A stretch of 62,953 bases of DNA, filler included, from Octopus bimaculoides (lineage: Eukaryota), in the NCBI RefSeq assembly GCF_001194135.2. It is 6 parts of 5 records of this genome, joined end to end, with 100 filler letters (N's around TTAATTAATTAA, not from the genome) between each part and the next. Parts side by side here need not be neighbours in the genome. Positions count along the whole stretch, not along the records: positions 50,041 to 60,361 come from NC_069002.1; positions 60,462 to 62,953 come from NW_026327745.1; 4 more parts are not named here. The stretch is one strand, 5' to 3'. Positions 52,003-62,953 of the stretch are shown one piece after another (within the stretch, counting starts at the first letter, position 1; each line of letters opens with the position of its first letter). A program made the position numbers and the translations under genes. The notes below the pieces were generated by a model. That model saw nothing but the letters and a program-made list of their open reading frames with translations, was not told the origin of the DNA and ran no database searches.

Positions 52003-52789
52003 TTAAATATCTTAAGTGCAGGGGCATGTGGTATGGTTGGAAGGAGAGACAAAGAGAGACAGTGAGAGAATGAGTGTTGACTGAAATGAACGCCTGAGTG
52101 GAAAGTTGTTGCATGATTTTAACGTGGTATAGTAGAATGCTATGACAGACAATAAAAATAAAAGTTTAGTTGTTGCTACAAGTTTTAATGTTGAACTGTT
52201 TCTATATCTTCTAGATATAATGACACATAGTTAAATTAGAGTATAAAGAAAAACGAATAGAAAAAAGAAAAAAGGGAAGAAAACATAAAAGCATAAAGAA
52301 AAGCATAAAGAAAAAGAAATAGCTACAGAAATTCAACAATTGTTCGAATTTAAATCAAAGTGAAATAATCTTATCATGTAGTTGTGGAGGCTGATTCTAC
52401 CTGTTTGTATGTAGCAGCCCAAAGACTGACGCCATACTGGGGAACCACAATTATATAGAGTTTTTTTCTTTTTTCTTTATAGTTATTTGGTTTGAACGTT
52501 TGTTCGTATGGTTAGATTACACGGATAGATAAATCGACAGAAGTGCAACTGGAATATGATAGGTAGGTAGTTAGCTAGCCAGGCAGACAGACTGACAGAC
52601 AGGTAGGTAGGTTGCTTCTTCAGTACGGCCTGTGGGAATTTTTACATTTTGTCAAGAATCAAATGTTTCAGAAATTCCACGAGGACTGCTAGTGTTATAG
52701 TAATATTACAAAATATGATTTAATAATATAATACTTCCATAGAATACAGTCGTATTTTATCATTATTACATTACATTACATATACCCTG

Positions 52790-52978
52790 CGCGCGTAAGC
52801 GTGAGCAGCACGTCCTCGGCCTTTACGCTCTGAGTTCTAATTCTGCTGACGTCGACTTTGCCTTTTATCCTTTCGCGGTCGATGAAATAAGTACCAGTCG
52901 AGCAGTGGAGTCGATGTAATCGATTAGCCCCCGCCTCTCTAAAATATCAGGCCTTATACCTACAGTAGAACGTATCAT
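52790..52978 (+). mobile_element. SINE B, 5'-decayed
   Basis: GTCGACTTTGCCTTTTATCCTTTCGCGGTCGATGAAATAAGTACCAG core. Confidence 0.88.
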
Positions 52979-53204
52979 TTTACATTCAGTAGTATTTTGA
53001 TTATTAGGCTGAGTCATTATATGCTGGAGGCGAATGAAACGCGTGACGTGATTTCTTATTGATGTCCTTTCATTTATTCCTGTTAATAATTCAAAGTCCC
53101 TCTCAATATTACAAGTGTGACACCATCAGATCTGTATTAAGCATACAAAACGATCCCTTGGGGTATTTTACCTCAGCTCTGTCTCCATAATCTCCATCAA
53201 CTTT

Positions 53205-53285
<81 letters not shown>

Positions 53286-53307
53286 CCTCTCTCTCTCTAT
53301 CTATCTA

Positions 53308-53348
<41 letters not shown>

Positions 53349-54270
53349 ATTTCTATTTCCACCGATCGTTTATAAATCCTGCAAACTAACCTTAAGCCTC
53401 TTCACTGAGAAGCTCAACTTAATCAAAACTTATCTTTTAAATTAACCAGTTGCCTTAAAACATGTTTCACTCCTACCTGCATTCCTTTTATTTTATGAAA
53501 ATACGGATTTAGTAGTATTATAGTTAGTTCCCTTTGTTTTAAGATATCCCCCAGAGGAAGACAGGTTTTTATTTGTATGAATAGATTTTGTAAACCGTTT
53601 TTTTCTCATTTGACTCTATTGTGTATGCGAGACACAATCATCTGTGTGTTGGATTTCCTAAAATGATTTAGCGAGGTATTTTCACACCATCACTATTTTT
53701 TATATCATCAGTGACATTGCTGCCGTCTGCCGTGTGTNNNNNNNNNNNNNNNNNNNNNNNNNNNNNNNNNNNNNNNNNNNNNNNNNNNNNNNNNNNNNNN
53801 NNNNNNNNNNNNNNNNNNNNNNNNNNNNNNNNNNNNNNNNNNNNNNNNNNNNNNNNNNNNNNNNNNNNNNNNNNNNNNNNNNNNNNNNNNNNNNNNNNNN
53901 NNNNNNNNNNNNNNNNNNNNNNNNNNNNNNNNNNNNNNNNNNNNNNNNNNNNNNNNNNNNNNNNNNNNNNNNNNNNNNNNNNNNNNNNNNNNNNNNNNNN
54001 NNNNNNNNNNNNNNNNNNNNNNNNNNNNNNNNNNNNNNNNNNNNNNNNNNNNNNNNNNNNNNNNNNNNNNNNNNNNNNNNNNNNNNNNNNNNNNNNNNNN
54101 NNNNNNNNNNNNNNNNNNNNNNNNNNNNNNNNNNNNNNNNNNNNNNNNNNNNNNNNNNNNNNNNNNNNNNNNNNNNNNNNNNNNNNNNNNNNNNNNNNNN
54201 NNNNNNNNNNNNNNNNNNNNNNNNNNNNNNNNNNNNNNNNNNNNNNNNNNNNNNNNNNNNNNNNNNNNNN

Positions 54271-54345
54271 TTTCAAGATTTCTTGCCAATAGAGAAAGAG
54301 CCGGTTTCTAACCTAGATCTAAGGCTCCTTCTTTAGTATTTTTGT
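54271..54345 (-). repeat. Short repeat H, copy 1
   Basis: Reverse complement of 58635-58687; next to a (TATG/TG)n tract; other end in gap. Confidence 0.85.
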
Positions 54346-54369
54346 TTGTATGTGTGTATGTAAGTATAA

Positions 54370-54401
<32 letters not shown>

Positions 54402-55798
54402 ACATATAACACACACACACACACACATCTATATATAAGCCCTTTGTACTTTACAGCCTTTGCGTCGTTTCTATACGCGAAATGCTTTCCTGCCTTCGTT
54501 CACCGAAACAATTTATATCGCAATCAATTAAATTTAATGAGTGTCGTGACTGCGAAGATATATCTTTAGATGGCTTGTGTAGCATAGACTTGTGTAGTAT
54601 AGCTCCAGCTGGGCGGAATAGATAAAAGTAAATTTCTTTGATATTATGTAAAAAATATATATTCACAATGCAAGTGAGAGGTGTTATCACATTAAGGAAG
54701 AACATCTCTTAACTGTTGGCATATATTCTTTTCAAAGACACCTGTGAACAACAACGTTCTCATTTAAGTCTGCGCCGTCTCAGCAATACGAATTTCCATA
54801 AAAGAAGCATTATCGAGAGTAGAATCTTTATCCTCTCATACAGTTACTACTAAGCTCTATGGGAAATTTTCAATAACTAACATGATGTGTCATTATGGCA
54901 TCTTTTCTGATTCATTTTAAAGCATATAATTCATTTCATATATCCCATAGCTGAAATCGAAGACACCAATAAATATATATTTATCTGGGTATCTATAGAT
55001 CTTACTTAACCTCGCATAACATTAGAAAACAGCCGGACGTGCCAGTGAAGAAAAGTGTTTCACTGGAGATTCCGCTCTGCGCCTAATTTAAATACAGTAT
55101 AAATAAATATCTCTTCGTGACCCCCTTATTTCCTACCACGCCATAGTTGACTTTTCTTATATGTTTTATTATGTTTTGTGACCTCTTATATTGTTTAGTT
55201 TTCTTTAATTACAGCGATGATTTCTGTTTAGACAAACAGGAAAACGTATTGAGATTTCTATTCACTGATCATTTGTTCCCTTATCACCGCCAGCTTCCAC
55301 ACATAATTATCTTCATTTATAATTGTTAGGTTTTGTATTACTTTACTGCATCATCTTTTATTTTCTTTCTCAGTTCTTCTCATTCTCTTCCCTACCTTTT
55401 CCTCTCCCTCTTCTTCTGCACAAACAATTCCACTGATAAGTGCTGTTATCATTTTGGCAACTCTAACAAAGAATTTCTCATCGAAAAGAAATACCAATAT
55501 ATTCTATCGGCATTACTGAGTAGATTTGGGCGTGATCAAGCAAATATCATCCGTTCCTTGAATGGAATGGGAAGATAGGCCTTACGCTATCTTCTCCGCC
55601 GTACATTTCGTATTAGAGTGTCTAGTAAGAGGTGTGCAAAGCGAATTGTCTACAAATGAGTGCTTTCAGCTGGTCTCGGTGCGTCTCACATTCTCCAAGC
55701 ACTTAATCTCGTTTATATGTATGTTTCTATGTTTGTGTGTATATGTATGTATATCTTTATATATATATACATGTATATGTAAGCACGCAGACACATGG

Positions 55799-55857
<59 letters not shown>

Positions 55858-56097
55858 NNNNNNNNNNNNNNNNNNNNNNNNNNNNNNNNNNNNNNNNNNN
55901 NNNNNNNNNNNNNNNNNNNNNNNNNNNNNNNNNNNNNNNNNNNNNNNNNNNNNNNNNNNNNNNNNNNNNNNNNNNNNNNNNNNNNNNNNNNNNNNNNNNN
56001 NNNNNNNNNNNNNNNNNNNNNNNNNNNNNNNNNNNNNNNNNNNNNNNNNNNNNNNNNNNNNNNNNNNNNNNNNNNNNNNNNNNNNNNNNNNNNNNNN

Positions 56098-56174
<77 letters not shown>

Positions 56175-56297
56175 CACATGAAGATATATGCATGTTTACA
56201 TATATATATGTAAGTGCATGTATATATGTATGTATTATCAGTGGCGACTTTGATGTTGTTTGTGTTCCTGAGTAAAATCAGTTTTTTTTTGTATAAA

Positions 56298-56560
56298 TTT
56301 GATAACTTTGATTGGTTTCGGCCATTATCGGCCCAGGCCATGACTAACCCAATGGCACCACATGGAAAAGTATTTTAGTTAGTTATTTTGGGATACCATG
56401 GACCACTCAAGCAGAGAGTTGTTGTTGGTTGAGACGTATCCAGATGTAGGTGGTATATCCGGTATTTCCTGGAGGAATTTGTCCAGGTACCGTTTGAAAA
56501 TTGTGGGTCTTTTTCTACTTTAATTATATATATCATGAATATACTTAAAAGAGTGACATG
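56298..56560 (-). pseudogene. CR1/L2-group LINE 3' end
   Basis: PTIFKRYLDKFLQEIPDIPPTSGYVSTNNNSLLEW...* (stop at 56379-56381) resembles the FK..LDKFL..IPD.P...GY....NSL end of such ORFs; short 3' UTR. Confidence 0.7.
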
Positions 56561-58596
56561 AACGTTACTGTTGGCATATGTTGGAAATTTTCTGATATAG
56601 TAAAACACGTTTTCATTTTATATTTAAGCTGAGGTTGAACCGGTGTCGTGTTTTCATGGCGCTCAAATGTACTTCAAAAATACACAAACGCAACATTTCT
56701 AACCTTCTTATAAAATACCAAACTTTTGTGCTTTCTCAAAAGTAAGCTTAAAATGTCCGTGAATTTATTAGTAACAGAAATGTTACATTTTTAAACAAAA
56801 TTTGCATTAATAGGATAAAAAGACAAAATTTCCTTGAGAGATTAGCGAAATAATTTCACGTGAATCAAAAGACATGAATCTTTGTAAAAACAATAGTAAA
56901 TATAATCAAGTCTTGTTACTCATTGATAATTATTTATCAACATTCATTATTATATTTATCGATTTGCCGGACATAAAAGAAAATGTTTATGATAATAGTG
57001 ATAATAGGATGTAAATAATATTCATTGTTATGAATAAATTTCACGTTTTCACTCTCTTAGCCATCTTATTTTCTCGTGATTATAACATTTAGCAAGAGAA
57101 AAAATTTTGCGGTGGTGAGGTACTGACGATTTAATTTAGCTTAAAATATTACTTACAGTATTACATACCATGAAGATATGAAAACAAAGAACATTCCAGC
57201 AAAGCGCTGTAAAGTATGTTAATATATAAATGAATTTTCTTTAATACTTCTACCAAATCCTCAATGTTCACCCTTACAATGTTACACGTTACGAAATCAG
57301 AAGTGTGTCAGAAAGTACAAAACGTCTGACTAAATACTCGCCATTTTATTAAATCTTATTCCAATATGTTTTGATACCTATCTTCTCTCAGTTGACTTTG
57401 CATTTCATCGATATTACAATAGGTACCTGTTATATACTGAAGTCGGTTCATTTGACTAGAAAGCTGCCTAATTGTGGCTTTCCTTTTTTTTTTTTTTTGT
57501 CTCTACGAAACAAAACGAAACAACAAATGAAAGGTTGCTTTGCTCAAAATAACAAAACCTTTCAACTTGTGTCAAATTTAGACAACAGAAAATGTCTGCT
57601 AAGATATTGACGAAACCCAAAGTGAAATACGTGACGAAACTTTCGTCTTTCCATCAACTTCAAAATGCTATTAAAATTGAAAAGTCTTCGATTTAACTTT
57701 AGCCGACAAGGAACCAAAATTCCAATGAATGTAACGGCATAAAAAATTCAAATACAGCAAATAAATTCGAAATTCAGTCACTGAAAAATTTTAAACAAAT
57801 TCGAAATCACGACAAGTTAAATGTGTAAAGTATGGTTTTGTATGAATTAGTTTAGATTTCGAAGATCACTTGGAATACCAATGAAAATGTTTCGTAAAAA
57901 GGACAATGGAAGTAAAATTGGTAGTAATGAAGACAATTTCAAATGAAAAGACGAACAAAATAAAATGTTTTCGCCAGTGAAATTGGAATCCAAGAAAAGA
58001 GAAAATCAAAATTAAAACTCAATACACGGATCTAACTAAATATTGGAGCGAAAATTTAGAATGCAAAGCCACAACCAATTTCTAGTCGACATTTGTTTTT
58101 ATATTTCAAAGAATTCTATACATACACACAGAAATAGAAATGTATCAACAGATAACATATCAACATAAAATATACACATATACTCAGAGGACAGACACAC
58201 ATATACACAGTTGTAAATATGTGTGTGTGCGTGTATATGCGTGTATACACACCTATATGTAAATATACACATATAAACATACACACACACACATATATAT
58301 ATTTATATATATACATATGAATTACATATGCAAATAAATGCGTATATATATATATGTGTGTGTGTACAAATACATGTATCATATATATATATATACGTAC
58401 ATATACCTATCTACACATCTCTCTCAAAACCAGAAAGGAAAAAGACTAAATTCAATCCATCACTGGAACTGTTAAAATGTGTAAAACTTTCCAGAAGTTT
58501 ATCATTTAAATATATATGAGCATGTCTAGATATGCAACTATATGCATGAAAATACATACATTGCACATATACATACATACATACATACATACATAC

Positions 58597-58700
58597 AAAA
58601 ATACCCTGTTGTTGATGTTGAAATTCCAATGAATTTGGATCTAGGTTAGAAACTGGCTCTTTCTCTATTGGCAAGAAATCTTGAAATAAATTGAACTATG
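58597..58700 (+). repeat. Short repeat H, copy 2, embedded in (CATA)n
   Basis: (CATA)n-AAAAATACCCTG...GCAAGAAATCTTGAAATAAA..TATG-ACATACAT. Confidence 0.85.
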
Positions 58701-59217
58701 ACATACATCCATATAATATGTATGTGACTATTTCTAGTTTATTAGATCAGGTGGTCTCGTGCAATCGTTCTCTCTTACATTATCATCTAAATTATATTTT
58801 TGTTATTGTGCAGCAGTTTGCTATAGTTCTTCTTTCTCATCATAACGCAATTTGACTCTGGCATTTCCCATTCAAATATGTTCTTAACTATTCATCACTC
58901 AGTTAACCTACTGTGGTGCTCTTTGAAAGATTAGATTTCTCGTGTGTCTCTCAAACGACTTCAATTTTTCATACATATTTCTGCAGTTTGGTGGAACTAG
59001 TCATCCAACTTTTATATTTATTTAGATACGGAATATATATATCGGCAGCAGCTTCGCATTTCCCTGTGTCCGATTTCTTTCAAGGGATTCTTTTCGTTCT
59101 CTCTTGGCATTATCTGTTTGGTCTCCTTCCAGTGATGGTAGTTCTTGTGCTGTAATGTCTGTATACGTTGTCTTTTGTGCTCCTCCATCCATTCTTTCTA
59201 CGGATTCTTAATGAATT

Positions 59218-59450
59218 GTCCCTTAACCCCTTGGCGGACGCGAGGGCACAGCAACCATGCAGCGTATCTAGGGAGAGAAGGCCTGGCGGAACCCATCCCT
59301 CTCCAGGCTGAACACATTTCTAAAGCTGAGTGGACCGGAACAACATGAAATGAAGTGTCTTGCTCAAGAACACAACGCATCGCCAGGTCCAGGGATCGAA
59401 ACAGCAATCTTACGGTCGTGATCCCAACACCCTAACCACTAAGCCACACT
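59218..59450 (-). mobile_element. SINE F with a unique tail
   Basis: Minus strand has A box TGGCTTAGTGG, B box GTTTCGATCCC and core TTGAGCAAGACACTTCATTTCA...GTCCACTCAGCT. Confidence 0.88.
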
Positions 59451-59622
59451 TTTGTAAGTCAATACTATGTTCTACTGTGTTAGCAGTGCTATATCATCAC
59501 TTGTTAAGGTTATCTCTAAAAATATTCTATAGGAATTCTAGCCAGCGCTGATTTTGCTACGATGTTTCCTATCCGAAGCGCCTGATGTAAGCAACAACGA
59601 CATTGAATGTAAAAAATAGTTA

Positions 59623-59674
59623 ATGGGCGTATATGCCTTATTTCGAGAGGCTTTGCTCCTTCATCAGCACCCAT
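59623..59674 (-). ncRNA. Type I hammerhead candidate (third family)
   Basis: Stem I AUGGGUG/CGCCCAU (7 bp), CUGAUGA, GAAA, 3-bp stem III with AUA triplet; stem II imperfect. Confidence 0.6.
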
Positions 59675-59854
59675 CCAATCCATTAACCATTATTGATTGA
59701 ATAAATATTAAATATAGCGGTGTAAGGTTATTAGATTTACTATTTTACATATTAAACACATTCCTGGAAGCCGCTACGTAAACGGCAATGACTTGTTTGG
59801 ACACCGTGTTACCTTATGCAACCGTAGTACAGAATCTCTATGTATGTGTGTGTG

Positions 59855-59947
<93 letters not shown>

Positions 59948-60461
59948 ATATATATATATCGATCTTGTTATCGTAAGCATGTTTATTCTTATTATTTCCT
60001 CACGTTATAATTTTGTACCTTGTATTACCATTTATTTAGGTTAATTACCGTATCTTAATATGATACAAAGCTATGGTTAATTTATTATATTTACAATCTA
60101 TACTTAATTTTACTTCATTATATAAGTTTGTTTACATAAGGAGTAATATATAAAGAATTCATTGGATTCTCTCCCTTTCTCCTTTACTAAGATTTTTTGT
60201 TTACCATTATCTTGAACTTTAGATTTTTGGATTTTACTGTGGTTCATTATGTCTTCTTTTAATTTAAACATTTAGTATAGCGTTCATAGACTCTCTCCCT
60301 TAACAATTCCCTGTAAACTAGCGTTCTTGTTTCTAACGGTCATTTACTTAGCTGTATAGTGNNNNNNNNNNNNNNNNNNNNNNNNNNNNNNNNNNNNNNN
60401 NNNNNTTAATTAATTAANNNNNNNNNNNNNNNNNNNNNNNNNNNNNNNNNNNNNNNNNNNN

Positions 60462-60561
60462 GTCATCATCACCATCATCACCATCATCACCATCATCACC
60501 ATCATCACCATTATCATCATCGTCATCGTCATCATCATCGTCATCATCATCATCGTCGTCG

Positions 60562-60599
<38 letters not shown>

Positions 60600-60781
60600 G
60601 TCATCGTCATCATCATCACCACCATCATCACCACCATCATCATCACCATCACCATCATCACCACCATCATCATCATCATCATCGTCATTATCATCATCGC
60701 CACCACCAACACAAACAACAACGGCAGCTCCACAATTCCACAGATCACTCATTCCCATCAATCCATTCCATGCACTTTTTT

Positions 60782-60866
<85 letters not shown>
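60462..60866 (+). repeat. (CAT/CAC/CGT)n and (ATT)n microsatellites
   Basis: Read directly. Confidence 0.95.
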
Positions 60867-62627
60867 CGTCGTGGCACCACCCCAATATGCCTCGATCACC
60901 CTCAACCGTTCCTCTCCTTCCGCTTCACCCCCTCNNNNNNNNNNNNNNNNNNNNNNNNNNNNNNNNNNNNNNNNNNNNNNNNNNNNNNNNNNNNNNNNNN
61001 NNNNNNNNNNNNNNNNNNNNNNNNNNNNNNNNNNNNNNNNNNNNNNNNNNNNNNNNNNNNNNNNNNNNNNNNNNNNNNNNNNNNNNNNNNNNNNNNNNNN
61101 NNNNNNNNNNNNNNNNNNNNNNNNNNNNNNNNNNNNNNNNNNNNNNNNNNNNNNNNNNNNNNNNNNNNNNNNNNNNNNNNNNNNNNNNNNNNNNNNNNNN
61201 NNNNNNNNNNNNNNNNNNNNNNNNNNNNNNNNNNNNNNNNNNNNNNNNNNNNNNNNNNNNNNNNNNNNNNNNNNNNNNNNNNNNNNNNNNNNNNNNNNNN
61301 NNNNNNNNNNNNNNNNNNNNNNNNNNNNNNNNNNNNNNNNNNNNNNNNNNNNNNNNNNNNNNNNNNNNNNNNNNNNNNNNNNNNNNNNNNNNNNNNNNNN
61401 NNNNNNNNNNNNNNNNNNNNNNNNNNNNNNNNNNNNNNNNNNNNNNNNNNNNNNNNNNNNNNNNNNNNNNNNNNNNNNNNNNNNNNNNNNNNNNNNNNNN
61501 NNNNNNNNNNNNNNNNNNNNNNNNNNNNNNNNNNNNNNNNNNNNNNNNNNNNNNNNNNNNNNNNNNNNNNNNNNNNNNNNNNNNNNNNNNNNNNNNNNNN
61601 NNNNNNNNNNNNNNNNNNNNNNNNNNNNNNNNNNNNNNNNNNNNNNNNNNNNNNNNNNNNNNNNNNNNNNNNNNNNNNNNNNNNNNNNNNNNNNNNNNNN
61701 NNNNNNNNNNNNNNNNNNNNNNNNNNNNNNNNNNNNNNNNNNNNNNNNNNNNNNNNNNNNNNNNNNNNNNNNNNNNNNNNNNNNNNNNNNNNNNNNNNNN
61801 NNNNNNNNNNNNNNNNNNNNNNNNNNNNNNNNNNNNNNNNNNNNNNNNNNNNNNNNNNNNNNNNNNNNNNNNNNGGAGAGGGGAGAGAGAGGGAGAGGGG
61901 AGAGAGAGGGAGAGGGGAGAGAGAGGGAGAGAGGAGAGAGAGGGAGAGGGGAGAGCGAGGGATGGAGAGAAGGTAGAGAAAATGGCCGTACGTGTGAGTA
62001 TATATAGTATATATACATATGTATGTGTGTGTATATACATATATATATATGCTCATGGGTATACATCTATATATATGTATATATATACATAAGCATATAA
62101 ACAAGCATACATGAATACACAGATACACACACACGCACGCACACACACATATATGTATACACACACACATATATATATATACATATGTATATATATTAGC
62201 ATACAAACATACATACATGAATACACAGATATACACAGACGCATACACACGTACACACACATACATATATATGCATATATATATATATATATGTGTGTAT
62301 ATATACACACACATACATATGTGTGTGTGTGTGTATGTATGTGGTCTTTGAAAAAATATTTGTATATATACAATTTTATACAAATAAGGACTTTATTGAA
62401 TAAATATATAAATAAATTTCATAAGCAAAATACAAACGCATGAACCTAAGAATATATATAAGAACGGAGTCTATACTAGATGTGCTAAATATATAAAGGA
62501 CAATAGTGAGTAATTCCAGTTGCCACACACACAAATAGCCACATATATATCAGTGTGAATGAGCATTTATGCGTGTGTGCATATAGGTTTGTGTTGAACA
62601 TTTATTAGCAATATTGTGTTGCCTGAA

Positions 62628-62909
62628 AGGCGCCGAGCTGGCAGAAACGTTAGCACGGCGGGCAAAATGCTTAGCGGTATTTCGTCTGTCTATATTCTGA
62701 GTTCAAATTCCGCCGAGGTCGACTTTGACTTTCATCCTTTCGGGGTCGATAAATTGAGTACTAGTTACGCACTGGGGTCGATGTAATCGACTTAACCCCT
62801 TTGTCTGTCCTTGTTTGTCCCCTCTATATTTAGCCCCTTGTGAGCAATAAAGAAATAAGAAACGTTAGCACACCGGGCGAAATGCTTAGCGGTATTTCGT
62901 CCGTCTTTG

Positions 62910-62910
<1 letters not shown>
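62628..62910 (+). mobile_element. SINE B full copy (62628-62857) + head-to-tail partial second head
   Basis: AGAAACGTTAGCAC..CGGGC.AAATGCTTAGCGGTATTTCGTC occurs at 62644 and again at 62858. Confidence 0.95.
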
Positions 62911-62941
<31 letters not shown>

Positions 62942-62953
62942 TATTTTGCGGAA

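Noticed and set aside
54271-58700. 4.4-kb TIR transposon bounded by the inverted H copies
   Set aside because: No transposase inside, each copy has its own (CATA)n context, and their lengths differ. Independent insertions are more likely, though the left boundary is hidden in a gap.

Overview
AT-rich, microsatellite-saturated eukaryotic DNA with many N gaps. My inference is a coleoid cephalopod (probably Octopus), based on the SINE families and simple-repeat load; this is unverified. I find no intact protein-coding gene. Nearly all listed ORFs are simple-repeat or gap artefacts, and the only host-gene hint is one 48-nt candidate exon. The window is a transposon graveyard: three Penelope-like element (PLE) remnants, microsatellite-targeted RLE-type LINE fragments, RTE and CR1-like LINE 3' ends, four tRNA-derived SINE families (my labels A, B, C, F), a truncated mariner, hAT, piggyBac and Tc1-type MITEs, and Helitron ends. 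The most interesting element is a PLE at 47.2-48.5 kb. Its 3' terminal repeat is a composite of a tRNA-derived Pol III promoter, an (AAT)n tract and a minimal type I hammerhead ribozyme (HHR). This module also occurs without any ORF at five other loci, mostly as inverted pairs, which suggests a Pol III-driven, ribozyme-processed, PLE-mobilised SINE/retrozyme hybrid. Three further unrelated HHR-like motifs are present. Repeat boundaries were read by eye and are approximate (about +/-10 nt) unless a TSD or TIR is quoted.
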